From a virus (Duplodnaviria; Heunggongvirae; Uroviricota; Caudoviricetes), in the IMG/VR virus record IMGVR_UViG_2654587540_000008: DNA of 14,799 bases. One strand, 5' to 3'. How positions within the stretch are numbered: position 1 is the first letter of the stretch; the number at the start of each line of letters is the position of its first letter. Below, piece by piece: positions 5,779 through 13,700 of the stretch. The notes beneath the pieces are model-generated. The model was not told the DNA's origin. It ran no database searches and worked only from the letters and a program-made list of their open reading frames with translations. The position numbers and the translations under genes are program-made.

Positions 5779-8244
5779 GTGGCCAGTGAATTTTCAGTCG
5801 GCGTCATTATTGGCGGCATTGTCGGGAGCAGCTTCCGCTCAGCCGTCAGTGGCACCCGACGCGCCCTTGATTCCCTTGGTGATACCTCCCGCCGTCTGCA
5901 GGAACGCCAGAATGCCTTAACCCGGGCAACAGAACGTTATGGTCAGTTGGGTTCTTCCCGGATGCAGCATCTCAACAGCGAGTTGCTGCGGGTAAGCCGC
6001 ACCATGGAGCAAATTGAACGTCAGCAGCGCCGTCTGTCAGCAGTATCAGCCATCGGTGATGCGTTGAAGGCTAACCGCCTGGCGCTCTATGGTCAGGGTG
6101 CAGAAACCTATGCTATTGGCAGAACGCTGGGCGCACCGGTCATGGCCTCGGTTAAACAATATGCCTCGTTTGAATCACAGTTACGGGATATCAGTGTCAC
6201 AGGAGACCTGGATGCAAAACAGGAACGTGCAATTGGCCTGGCTATCAGACAGGCCTCGCTGAAGGTTAACCAACTGCAGGAGTCTCTGTTAGGGGGAGTC
6301 GGACAATTAGTCGCTGATGGTATGGCCCCCGAACGGGCAGCAACGTTTGCAGAGATGCTTGGAAAGACCGCTACAGCAACCAAAGCCGATATGACCGACC
6401 TTGCCAAAATGACTTATGCCTTCAGCGATGCACTCAGAATCACTGATGCGAAAGAACTTGAACAGGCATTTGGTATTGCGGCAACAGGAGCCAAACTTGG
6501 GTCATTTGAGCTGAAGGATATGGCAAAAGCATTACCCGGTATGGCTAAAGCCTTCGCTGCTCGTGGTATTTATGGAAAAGATGCGATTACCCAGATTGTT
6601 GCCAGTCTGGAGGTCGGTAAAGGTAGTGGCTCTGCAGAGGAAGCGGTCACCAATATGTCCAACTGGCTGGCAGCAATGGGCCGCGGAGATACCATCCAGA
6701 AATATGCTAAAGCCGGGGTGGATTACCAGGGGTCAATGCAGAATTACGTCGCTCAGGGTTTTTCGCAGTACGAAGCTTCACTGATGATTGCCAACCGTTT
6801 TATCGACAGTAAAGGCAAAGCGTTCTTGCAGCAATGGAAAGCTGCAGGAGCAAGAGGCGATCAGGAAGGTCAGCAGAAACTCATGGAGTCATTTGGTCTG
6901 GCTGAGGTCTTTACCGATATTCAGACTGTCAACCATTTACTGTCAATGCGACAGGGCTGGGATAAATACCTTTCCAGTAAGCAGGAAATGAATGCTCCGG
7001 CTGCAATGTCTACCCTGGATAAGGATGCTGCAAAGCAGAATGATACGCTTGAAGGTCGCTGGCGCAGAATGCAGATCGGCTTTAATGATTCTGCTATCAG
7101 CATCGGGCAATCCTTGCGTCCGGCTTTGCTCCAGTTGGGTGAAACATTTATTCCTTTAATGGACAGTGTTGGCAAATGGATAGCGGCAAATCCGCAGCTC
7201 GTCAGCAGCACCATAAAGGTTGTGGGCGCATTACTCGCTTTCAGGATGGCCACTATCGGTCTCAAGCTTGGGCTGAACCTCCTTCTTTCCCCCTTTGTAA
7301 GCGTCTGGAAAAATGCTGTTTTACTTCGGGCCAACTGGCTTCGTCTGACGCTCGCACTGGGGGAAGGCGGTAAACTCCGCTGGCTGGTGACAGGCTTTGG
7401 TGCTGTCGCCAGAGGAGCCAGAACACTGGGTGGTGTGCTCTCAGGGGGGCTGGTTCGCGGAATTATGAGCGCCGGGCGTGCCGTTCTCTGGCTTGGCCGG
7501 GCGCTGATGATGAATCCCATCGGTCTCGCTATCACCGCCGTCGCGGCAGCAGCTTACCTTATCTACCGCAACTGGGGCGCGGTCAGTAGCTGGTTTAAAC
7601 AGCGCTGGGCTGACATTCAGGAAGCCTTTAACGGCGGCATCGCGGGAATTGGTAAACTGCTGGTTAACTGGTCTCCGGCAGGTCTGCTTTATAAAGCCTT
7701 TGCGGCTGCGCTGAAATATCTCGGCGTTGATTTGCCGGCGAAATTCACCGACTTCGGTGGTCATCTTATTGACGGGCTGATAAATGGCATCAGAAACAAA
7801 TGGGAGTCACTGAAAACCAGCATAACCGGAATGGGTGACAGCATCAGTGACTGGTTCAGCGAAAAGCTGGGCATCCATTCACCGAGTCGCGTGTTTATAG
7901 GCTTTGGTGACAATATCGCGCAGGGTGCCGCCATTGGCCTGCAACGGACCACTCCGCTTGCTGCACTGGCCGGGCAGCGTCTGGCCGCTGAAATGACACC
8001 GGATGTTCCCCGTATCCCGTCGCCGGAAATCATGGCTGCCGGATATTCAGGCCGTGGCGCAACTGCAACCGGCGGTGGAGCGTCTGGCGGTATCCAGGTC
8101 AGCTTTAATCCTCAGTTTTTCCTCAATGGTAAGGAAACCGCAGCGCCTGCCGGGCTGGCTGGTGCCCTGAATATGAGCCTGCATGAGCTGGAAAAAATGC
8201 TGGAGCGTCTGCTGGCTCAGAAACAACGTAAGGAGTACAGCTGA
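5779..8244 (+). CDS. Tail tape measure protein
   Basis: 821-aa ORF from a GTG start at 5779 (GAGGA 9 nt upstream). N-terminal helical, Q/R/E-rich region, a central glycine-rich hydrophobic stretch (...GFGAVARGARTLGGVLSGGLVRGIMSAG...) and position directly after the chaperone pair are typical of tape measure proteins. Confidence 0.85.
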   Translation: MASEFSVGVIIGGIVGSSFRSAVSGTRRALDSLGDTSRRLQERQNALTRATERYGQLGSSRMQHLNSELLRVSRTMEQIERQQRRLSAVSAIGDALKANRLALYGQGAETYAIGRTLGAPVMASVKQYASFESQLRDISVTGDLDAKQERAIGLAIRQASLKVNQLQESLLGGVGQLVADGMAPERAATFAEMLGKTATATKADMTDLAKMTYAFSDALRITDAKELEQAFGIAATGAKLGSFELKDMAKALPGMAKAFAARGIYGKDAITQIVASLEVGKGSGSAEEAVTNMSNWLAAMGRGDTIQKYAKAGVDYQGSMQNYVAQGFSQYEASLMIANRFIDSKGKAFLQQWKAAGARGDQEGQQKLMESFGLAEVFTDIQTVNHLLSMRQGWDKYLSSKQEMNAPAAMSTLDKDAAKQNDTLEGRWRRMQIGFNDSAISIGQSLRPALLQLGETFIPLMDSVGKWIAANPQLVSSTIKVVGALLAFRMATIGLKLGLNLLLSPFVSVWKNAVLLRANWLRLTLALGEGGKLRWLVTGFGAVARGARTLGGVLSGGLVRGIMSAGRAVLWLGRALMMNPIGLAITAVAAAAYLIYRNWGAVSSWFKQRWADIQEAFNGGIAGIGKLLVNWSPAGLLYKAFAAALKYLGVDLPAKFTDFGGHLIDGLINGIRNKWESLKTSITGMGDSISDWFSEKLGIHSPSRVFIGFGDNIAQGAAIGLQRTTPLAALAGQRLAAEMTPDVPRIPSPEIMAAGYSGRGATATGGGASGGIQVSFNPQFFLNGKETAAPAGLAGALNMSLHELEKMLERLLAQKQRKEYS

Positions 8245-9128
8245 TGTTTGCCGTACTGGGTGATATTGAGTTTGAGCTGATTACCTACTGGGACGGCTTC
8301 GAGGCCACGTTTGGCGTCGATTATGCGGAGCATGCCCGCATCGAGGGTAAACCCGGCCTGCAGTTCGTCGGCGACAGGCTGGACGAAATCCAGATAAGCC
8401 TGGTCTTCCATCAGCATTATTGTGTGCCCGACGTGGAGCTGGCGAGAGTGCGAACAGCCATGAAGGCCCATCAGGCACTGGCGCTGGTCTTCGGCAACGG
8501 TGACTATCGCGGCTGGTTCGTGATTACCGATGTGACCGCAACCAGCGAGCAGACAGACAGCACCGGTAACGTGCTGGCTGTCAGTGCCACCGTGTCTCTC
8601 CGGGAATACACCGGTGACCCGAAAAATCCTCTGCAACCGCCGGCAATACGCAGGCAGGTTCCCGGTGCCGGGGCCGTATCTGGTGCTGTTCCATCGCCTT
8701 CCGGGGTGGCGCAGTTCGTCCGTAACGGCGTCAACTATGCGAAACAGGCGCAGTCTGTACTCCAGACCACTATCAGTGCCGTTCGGGTGGCGCAGAAAAT
8801 GAAGGGTAACCCCGTTGTCGCGCTGACCCGTGTGCCGGGACTGATGAGCGGACTGGGTAATATATCCGGAGCTCTGGGGAAAAGTGTTCCGGCGTTTAAT
8901 GCACTCTCTGAATCCATGCCCGATGCCATCAGTCTGGCCAGAACAGCCAGTGAGGCAGCCACGTATGTACAGCAGGCGCAGTCGGCGCTGAGTGGTGTGG
9001 ACAAAAGAAATATTGCAGGTGCTCTGGATACCGTTTCCGGGCAGCTTAACGCCGCCGGCACAGCATTCAACCGCATGTCTCCGGGATTAAGTGCAATGGC
9101 CGCCAGAATACTGACGAGGAGTGTGTGA
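8244..9128 (+). CDS. Tail protein with gpU / DNA-circulation-N-like N-terminal domain and a low-complexity Ala/Ser/Gly-rich C-terminal extension
   Basis: The ATG overlaps the tape measure stop (TGATG) with AAGGAG 8 nt upstream. The first ~125 aa (MFAVLGDIEFEL...GKPGLQFVGDRLDEIQISLVFH...GNGDYRGWFVITDVTATSEQTDSTGNVLAVSATVSLREY) align by eye with the P2 gpU-type fold. The remaining ~170 aa are low-complexity and unassigned. Confidence 0.65.
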   Translation: MFAVLGDIEFELITYWDGFEATFGVDYAEHARIEGKPGLQFVGDRLDEIQISLVFHQHYCVPDVELARVRTAMKAHQALALVFGNGDYRGWFVITDVTATSEQTDSTGNVLAVSATVSLREYTGDPKNPLQPPAIRRQVPGAGAVSGAVPSPSGVAQFVRNGVNYAKQAQSVLQTTISAVRVAQKMKGNPVVALTRVPGLMSGLGNISGALGKSVPAFNALSESMPDAISLARTASEAATYVQQAQSALSGVDKRNIAGALDTVSGQLNAAGTAFNRMSPGLSAMAARILTRSV

Positions 9129-9205
9129 TGTTTCTTGAACATATTACCCGTGACGGAGAGCGCTGGGATTCTCTGTGGATGAGGCACTGGCCATTGATGT
9201 GCTGA
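9128..9205 (+). pseudogene. Short out-of-frame leader ORF (MFLEHITRDGERWDSLWMRHWPLMC), possible remnant N-terminus of a deleted or frameshifted tail gene
   Basis: ATG at 9128, 25 codons, in a different frame from the J-like ORF that opens at 9175. The J-like protein lacks the N-terminal part expected for baseplate J proteins. The GDxWDSL motif is reminiscent of LysM-like tail protein X N-termini (weak). Confidence 0.3.
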
Positions 9206-9987
9206 TCCCGGCAGGCACCCGCGTCAGCGCTTCCGACAGTATTATTTTTGCCACCGATACAGATGTGGTGCTGAAGGCCGGATTGCTGCTGGTCAATGTC
9301 ACGTCCACCTGTACCGAGCCGGGTACCGCTGGCAACGGCTGGCAACCGGCGCAGGTCAGTCAGTTACTCGATGAGATTGATAACATTGACCTGCTGGTGA
9401 CCAATCTGACGGCCAGCTCTGGCGGTTCAGAGCAGGAAGACGATGACCGGCTCCGGGAGCGTATCAGGCTGGCCCCGGAGTCATTCACCAATGCCGGAAG
9501 CCGTGGTGCATACCGTTTTCATGCTATGGGGGCGCATCCCGGCATTGTCGACGTTGCTGTTCTTTCTCCCGCTCCCGGCACTGTCGAGCTGTATCCGCTG
9601 CTCAGCACTGGTCTGCCGGACAGCAGTATCCTCACTCTGGTAGAGAGTTTCTGTTCTGACGAAAAAGTCAGACCACTCACTGATACCGTGCGGGCTAAAA
9701 CACCTGTTCAGGTGGATTACACCATTGAAGCCAGGATTACGATCTATCGTGATCAGGATGCAAGGTTGGTAAAGGACAACGCTAACAGCGCCATACAGAA
9801 CTGGGTGGCATCCCGTACCGCCACGCTGGGGCGCGATATTGTTCCCAGCCAGATTATCAGCGTGTTGTCCGTTTCCGGGGTGTACCAGGTCGAACTGGTG
9901 ACACCGGCACTGAGGGTGGTGGCAGAAAACGAATGGGCAAACTGTACGGCGATCACTCTTAACATGACCGGGGTGTCCGATGGCTGA
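9175..9987 (+). CDS. Baseplate assembly protein J-like (P2 gpJ / Mu gp47 family), apparently N-terminally truncated
   Basis: 270 aa from the first in-frame start (GTG at 9175). The C-terminal two thirds (..GSRGAYRFHAMGAHPGIVDVAVLSPAPGTVELY...TLGRDIVPSQIISVLSVSGVYQVELVTP...) match the gpJ family as I recall it. An 8-bp overlap (ATGGCTGA) with the I-like gene is typical of J-I pairs. Confidence 0.7.
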   Translation: MDEALAIDVLIPAGTRVSASDSIIFATDTDVVLKAGLLLVNVTSTCTEPGTAGNGWQPAQVSQLLDEIDNIDLLVTNLTASSGGSEQEDDDRLRERIRLAPESFTNAGSRGAYRFHAMGAHPGIVDVAVLSPAPGTVELYPLLSTGLPDSSILTLVESFCSDEKVRPLTDTVRAKTPVQVDYTIEARITIYRDQDARLVKDNANSAIQNWVASRTATLGRDIVPSQIISVLSVSGVYQVELVTPALRVVAENEWANCTAITLNMTGVSDG

Positions 9988-10558
9988 GGTGCTACAACTC
10001 CCGCCACCGCTTGAGGGTGATATCAGTCTCAGAACGCTGGGAAGACTGGCCGGACGGCTGGATAACATCGACCTGAGCGTACTGATGGTCGGTCTCGTCG
10101 ATATTGTCGACAGTTCCGCGCTGCCATGGCTTGGCGAGCAGTTCTCGCTGTTCGGCGATGGCTGGGAACTGGCGGAATCGGACGATGTACGCCGCATGCT
10201 TATCAAATCCGCTATCGAGCTACACCGCTATAAAGGAACACCGTGGTCAATCCGGGAAATTATCCGCCGTTTTGGCTTCGGCGAAGTGGATCTGATTGAA
10301 GGTACGGGGCAGATTGGCTATGACGGCAGACACACGTACAACGGGCTTTTCGTCCATGGCGATGCACAAGCCTGGGCAGTCTATCGGGTCATCCTTCAAC
10401 AGCCCATCACTAATGATCAGGCAGCGCTGTTACGTCAGACGCTTGCTGCCTTTGCTCCGGCTCGCTGTCATCTGGCAAGTCTGGAATATCAGTCTGTCGC
10501 CATTCGATACAACAGTACTACCCGTTATGACGGTAGTTACAACCACGGGAGCAGTTAA
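9980..10558 (+). CDS. Tail protein I-like (P2 gpI / Mu gp48 family)
   Basis: 192 aa containing IELHRYKGTPWSIREIIRRFGFGEVDLIEG, a hallmark-like motif of the gpI family. Positioned between the J-like gene and the tail fibre gene. Confidence 0.75.
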   Translation: MAEVLQLPPPLEGDISLRTLGRLAGRLDNIDLSVLMVGLVDIVDSSALPWLGEQFSLFGDGWELAESDDVRRMLIKSAIELHRYKGTPWSIREIIRRFGFGEVDLIEGTGQIGYDGRHTYNGLFVHGDAQAWAVYRVILQQPITNDQAALLRQTLAAFAPARCHLASLEYQSVAIRYNSTTRYDGSYNHGSS

Positions 10559-10560
10559 TT

Positions 10561-11643
10561 ATGGCAAATCTACCCGAAACCCCGCAGTGGGAAAGCGGCA
10601 TCTACCAGATTGAGGTCTCTGACCCCGTTCTGGGCGGACCTGACGGAATTTCTAACCGCCAGGCTAAACAACTGGCCAGCCGAACGTCATACCTCAAACA
10701 GAAGGTCGAAAAAAGCGAAACAGACCTGGCTGCACATATCGCGGCAGTTGACCCGCATACCCAGTACGCGACGAAAGCCAGTCCGACATTCACCGGCACA
10801 CCAACAGCACCTACACCTGCAAATGGTGATAACAGCAAAAAGCTGGCGACGACGGAGTTTGTGGCCAAAGCACTTGCGGCACTTGCAGGCAGCGCCCCTG
10901 AGACACTGGATACGCTTAAAGAGCTGGCTGACGCTCTCGGTAATGATCCAAACTTTGCGACTACGGTACTGAACAAGCTGGCGGAAAAGCTGGCTAAAGA
11001 CCAGAACGGCGCAGATATTCCTGAGCCTGCGCTGTTTGTCAAAAACCTTGGTTTGGGGGAAGGCTCTGCACTGCCCGTTGGTGTGCCTGTTCCGTGGCCA
11101 TCAGCAACACCGCCAGAGGGATGGCTGAAATGTAACGGCGCAGCATTTTCTTCTGAAATGTACCCCAAACTGGCAAAGGCTTATCCCACGAATAAATTAC
11201 CGGATTTACGGGGTGAATTTATCCGTGGCTGGGATGACGGACGTGGCGTGGATGCGGGGCGAACATTACTGGGTGCTCAGGATTTTGCGTTTGAAGATCA
11301 TGCTCTGGGGCTACCTACCAATCAGGGATATGCAGGTATTGAGAAAGGTAGCACTGAAAATGATATTTATGCCGCTTTCTCTGATGGCATGCACTATACA
11401 GGGAATGCAACCAGTAGCGGTCAATGGGATGATTATTCTCAGTCAAAAATCTATATCCGTAGTGATGGTAAACCTGTCGGAAATAACATTGAGTTAGCTA
11501 ATTCAAATGAGGCCTTGCGTTCTTCTTTACGTACTTATAGAGCCAGTACAGGATGGTATAACCCAGGATTAAACAAACCTAAAACAGCTACAGAAACACG
11601 TCCACGCAACGTTGCTTTTAATTACATCGTAAGAGCCGCATGA
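10561..11643 (+). CDS. Tail fibre protein: constant N-terminal part (10561 to about 11047) fused to currently expressed variable C-terminal cassette A
   Basis: 360 aa. The N-terminus has phage tail-fibre repeat-like sequence (VDPHTQYATKASPTFTGTPTAPTPANGDNSKKLATTEFV). The C-terminal part begins with a tail-collar-like module (WLKCNGAAFSSEMYPKLAKAYPTNKLPDLRGEFIRGWDDGRG) and ends ETRPRNVAFNYIVRAA. The crossover site lies inside the gene at 11036-11061. Confidence 0.85.
   Translation: MANLPETPQWESGIYQIEVSDPVLGGPDGISNRQAKQLASRTSYLKQKVEKSETDLAAHIAAVDPHTQYATKASPTFTGTPTAPTPANGDNSKKLATTEFVAKALAALAGSAPETLDTLKELADALGNDPNFATTVLNKLAEKLAKDQNGADIPEPALFVKNLGLGEGSALPVGVPVPWPSATPPEGWLKCNGAAFSSEMYPKLAKAYPTNKLPDLRGEFIRGWDDGRGVDAGRTLLGAQDFAFEDHALGLPTNQGYAGIEKGSTENDIYAAFSDGMHYTGNATSSGQWDDYSQSKIYIRSDGKPVGNNIELANSNEALRSSLRTYRASTGWYNPGLNKPKTATETRPRNVAFNYIVRAA
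11036..11061 (+). other. Serine-invertase crossover site (hix/gix/cix-like), expression-site copy
   Basis: TTGTCAAAAACC-TT-GGTTTGGGGGAA has the 12-2-12 architecture and AAACC nn GGTTT core of hixL (TTCTTGAAAACC AA GGTTTTTGATAA) and gix sites, as recalled. It sits exactly at the constant/variable junction of the tail fibre gene. Confidence 0.7.
11048..11253 (+). repeat. Conserved 5' cassette module, copy A (tail-collar-like domain coding, ~200 bp)
   Basis: Encodes GLGEGSALPVGVPVPWPSATPPEGWLKCNGAAFSSEMYPKLAKAYPTNKLPDLRGEFIRGWDDGRG. Near-identical DNA recurs at 11649, 12193 and, inverted, at about 13990-14194, with a partial inverted copy at about 13592-13700. Confidence 0.85.
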
Positions 11644-11662
11644 AAACGTTGGTTTGGGGGAA
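11637..11662 (+). other. Crossover-site-like sequence at the cassette A/B junction, with a degenerate left half-site
   Basis: CGCATGAAAACG-TT-GGTTTGGGGGAA. The right half and centre are identical to the expression-site copy; the left half retains only the AAAAC core (5 of 12 matches). Confidence 0.4.
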
Positions 11663-11854
11663 GGCTCTGCACTGCCCGTTGGTGTGCCTGTTCCGTGGCC
11701 ATCAGCCACACCGCCAGAGGGCTGGCTGAAATGCAACGGCGCAGCATTTTCTTCTGAAATGTACCCCAAACTGGCAAAGGCTTACCCCACCAATAAATTA
11801 CCGGATTTACGCGGTGAGTTTATTCGTGGCTGGGATGACGGGCGCGGAGTAGAT
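11649..11854 (+). repeat. Conserved 5' cassette module, copy B
   Basis: Near-identical to 11048-11253 with scattered, mostly synonymous substitutions; the encoded peptide is identical through GWDDGRG. Confidence 0.85.
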
Positions 11855-12187
11855 ACAGGACGTGTTTTATTAAGTAATCAAACAGATGCTTTTCAAACAC
11901 ACAGACATAAGACCTATTTTTATGCAGGTATCAACCGTAATGAAATGCCTTTAAAAAATTTACCTGAATCAGAAGAAATGCTGACATTAAGCTCTACAGT
12001 TAATGCCTTGTCTCCAGCCGATATTGATGCCACAAATTCATTAATTGGGAATGACGATTACAACTGTGTTATTGAAGGCAATAAAAACAGTAAACGTACA
12101 GCGACAGAGTTGAATACCAGCTCTACAGGCACAACAGAAACCCGCCCCCGCAATATTGCTTTTAACTTCATTGTAAGAGCAGCATAG
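11651..12187 (+). CDS. Silent alternative tail-fibre C-terminal cassette B (no independent start codon or RBS)
   Basis: Open frame beginning right after the stop of cassette A. It encodes the same 65-aa tail-collar module, then a divergent ~95-aa region, and ends with the conserved ETRPRNIAFNFIVRAA and TAG. The track start is an internal TTG with no Shine-Dalgarno sequence. Confidence 0.7.
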   Translation, partial: GLGEGSALPVGVPVPWPSATPPEGWLKCNGAAFSSEMYPKLAKAYPTNKLPDLRGEFIRGWDDGRGVDTGRVLLSNQTDAFQTHRHKTYFYAGINRNEMPLKNLPESEEMLTLSSTVNALSPADIDATNSLIGNDDYNCVIEGNKNSKRTATELNTSSTGTTETRPRNIAFNFIVRAA

Positions 12188-12206
12188 AAACGTTGGTTTG
12201 GGGGAA
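12181..12206 (+). other. Crossover-site-like sequence at the cassette B/C junction, with a degenerate left half-site
   Basis: AGCATAGAAACG-TT-GGTTTGGGGGAA; same right half and centre as the expression-site copy. Confidence 0.4.
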
Positions 12207-12398
12207 GGCTCGGCGCTGCCTGTTGGCGTGCCGGTTCCATGGCCGTCAGCCACACCGCCAGAGGGCTGGCTGAAATGTAACGGCGCAGCATTTTCTTCTG
12301 AAATGTACCCCAAACTGGCAAAGGCTTACCCCACCAATAAATTACCGGATTTACGGGGTGAGTTTATTCGTGGCTGGGATGACGGGCGCGGAATTGAC
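12193..12398 (+). repeat. Conserved 5' cassette module, copy C
   Basis: Near-identical to copies A and B; the encoded peptide is identical through GWDDGRG. Confidence 0.85.
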
Positions 12399-12665
12399 TC
12401 TGGTCGCAACCTGTTATCTGCACAGAATGATGCAATTCAGAATATTGTTGGTTCTTTTGGGCGTACCCAGCTTTTTAAAGACGTTCTTAGTTCAGGACCA
12501 TTTAGTAGAATTAATCAAGTTTTATCTATTGGTCTAAAGGAAACGGAATTTATTGAGGGTTATGGAGCTTATAACTGGACATTCGACGCTTCTCGAGCGG
12601 TTCGTACAGCATCTGAAACCCGCCCCCGAAATATTACATTTAACTATATCGTGAGGGCGGCTTAA
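12195..12665 (+). CDS. Silent alternative tail-fibre C-terminal cassette C
   Basis: Same conserved 5' module, a divergent middle (..NLLSAQNDAIQNIVGSFGRTQLFKDVLSSGPFSRINQVLSIGLKETEFIEGYGAYNWTFDASRAVRTAS..) and the conserved end ETRPRNITFNYIVRAA, stop TAA at 12663-12665. No start codon context. Confidence 0.7.
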   Translation, partial: GLGEGSALPVGVPVPWPSATPPEGWLKCNGAAFSSEMYPKLAKAYPTNKLPDLRGEFIRGWDDGRGIDSGRNLLSAQNDAIQNIVGSFGRTQLFKDVLSSGPFSRINQVLSIGLKETEFIEGYGAYNWTFDASRAVRTASETRPRNITFNYIVRAA

Positions 12666-12671
12666 TTATGA

Positions 12672-13289
12672 TCAACTGACAGTTGCCAGAGGCATTTCCG
12701 GCCAGTTGATATCCGGCGCAGTGCTGAGGTCAGTCGCATTAAGCGCATCTATAAAATCAAGCACGGCGTTCAGTTTTTCCGTCTCCTGTGGCGTCAACTG
12801 GCGTCCGGCTCGTAGTTTGAGATTTATAAGCTCAACGGATGCCATTGCCTGCTCCTCAAGTTGCTGACGATGCGCTCCGGCAGCTTCCAGTTCTGCAGTG
12901 TGCTGTCGTTCCGTATCTGTCACCCAGTTCTCACCATCCCAGATATCATAGATGGTAGCTGGCTGTTTTACCGTCGTATCAGAAGGGTAATCTCCCGGCT
13001 GTGTGATTTGCACAGCGTTACCATTCTCTGTGCTGTAAACCGTCTCGCCTCTGTGGTCTGGGACATATTTCCAGATGTTCTGGTCGGTATCACGACAGAC
13101 AGCGAAGCCAGGGCGCTCTTCCGGTGGCGCGTCAATGCATGAATGAGCCGGAATTCCAACACCATAAGCGAGATATTCAACAGTGGCAGAGAGATATTCA
13201 CGGTTTTCAGCATCGTAGTTATAAACTGTAATATCGCCTGCAGTTGTAGCGATACCATTCTGATCAAGTACTGCAACAGCGTTATTCAT
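12672..13289 (-). CDS. Tail fibre assembly protein (Tfa; Mu U / P2 gpG / lambda Tfa family)
   Basis: 205 aa. The C-terminus ..LNAVLDFIDALNATDLSTAPDINWPEMP has the typical Tfa ending. The start codon overlaps the stop of cassette D as TAATG (translational coupling). It converges on cassette C with 6 bp between stops. Confidence 0.8.
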   Translation of the reverse strand: MNNAVAVLDQNGIATTAGDITVYNYDAENREYLSATVEYLAYGVGIPAHSCIDAPPEERPGFAVCRDTDQNIWKYVPDHRGETVYSTENGNAVQITQPGDYPSDTTVKQPATIYDIWDGENWVTDTERQHTAELEAAGAHRQQLEEQAMASVELINLKLRAGRQLTPQETEKLNAVLDFIDALNATDLSTAPDINWPEMPLATVS

Positions 13290-13700
13290 TAAATAGCCCT
13301 TACAATATAGTTAAACGCAATATTACGGGGGCGGGTTTCTGTTCCTGTATTCCCTCCGTTGACACCTAACCTGTACACACCACGAGTGCCAATAGCACGT
13401 AGTGAAGATGGAACCTTTACGCCTGACTCATCTGTTTTAACTATCCCTCCATCCCCGTATGTAGCCAGTATACCAGGATTTGTACCTGCACGTGTGCTGT
13501 TTGCAGCAAGCCCTTCACCGGTCCATAACTCCATATAGTGAGTATGATCCATAACCGAATGTGGTTGTGCATTAAGCAAGAAACGCCCTGAATCAATTCC
13601 CCGTCCGTCATCCCAGCCACGAATAAACTCACCCCGTAAATCCGGTAATTTATTGGTGGGGTAAGCCTTTGCCAGTTTGGGGTACATTTCAGAAGAAAAT
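13289..13700 (-). CDS. Alternative tail-fibre C-terminal cassette D (inverted orientation, 5' end truncated by an N run), followed by tfa
   Basis: Minus-strand frame encoding ..SSEMYPKLAKAYPTNKLPDLRGEFIRGWDDGRGIDSGRFLLNAQPHSVMDHTHYMELWTGEGL...TGTETRPRNIAFNYIVRAI. The first ~100 bp of the conserved module are missing where the N run 13701-13710 sits. Confidence 0.7.

Noticed and set aside
6108-8033. Several minus-strand ORFs inside the tape measure gene (6108-6407, 6921-7535, 7441-7764, 7761-8033)
   Set aside because: They lie antisense within an 821-aa gene with strong contextual support. They are Pro/Ser/Arg-rich and lack ribosome-binding sites.
10602-11168. Antisense ORFs beginning MGYISEENAAPLHFS..PSGGVADGHGTGTPTGSAEPSPKP, recurring at 10602-11168, 11569-11769, 12041-12313 and, on the plus strand, 14074-14226
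   Set aside because: They are the reverse-strand translation of the conserved cassette 5' module and recur only because the module is repeated. They have no ribosome-binding site, and the sense strand carries a recognisable tail-collar domain.
13560-13580. H-x-H motifs in cassette D (MDHTHYME) and B (QTHRHKTY) as metal-binding sites like those in T4 fibre tips
   Set aside because: Short motifs occurring by chance are likely; no repeat periodicity or structural context could be assessed by eye.
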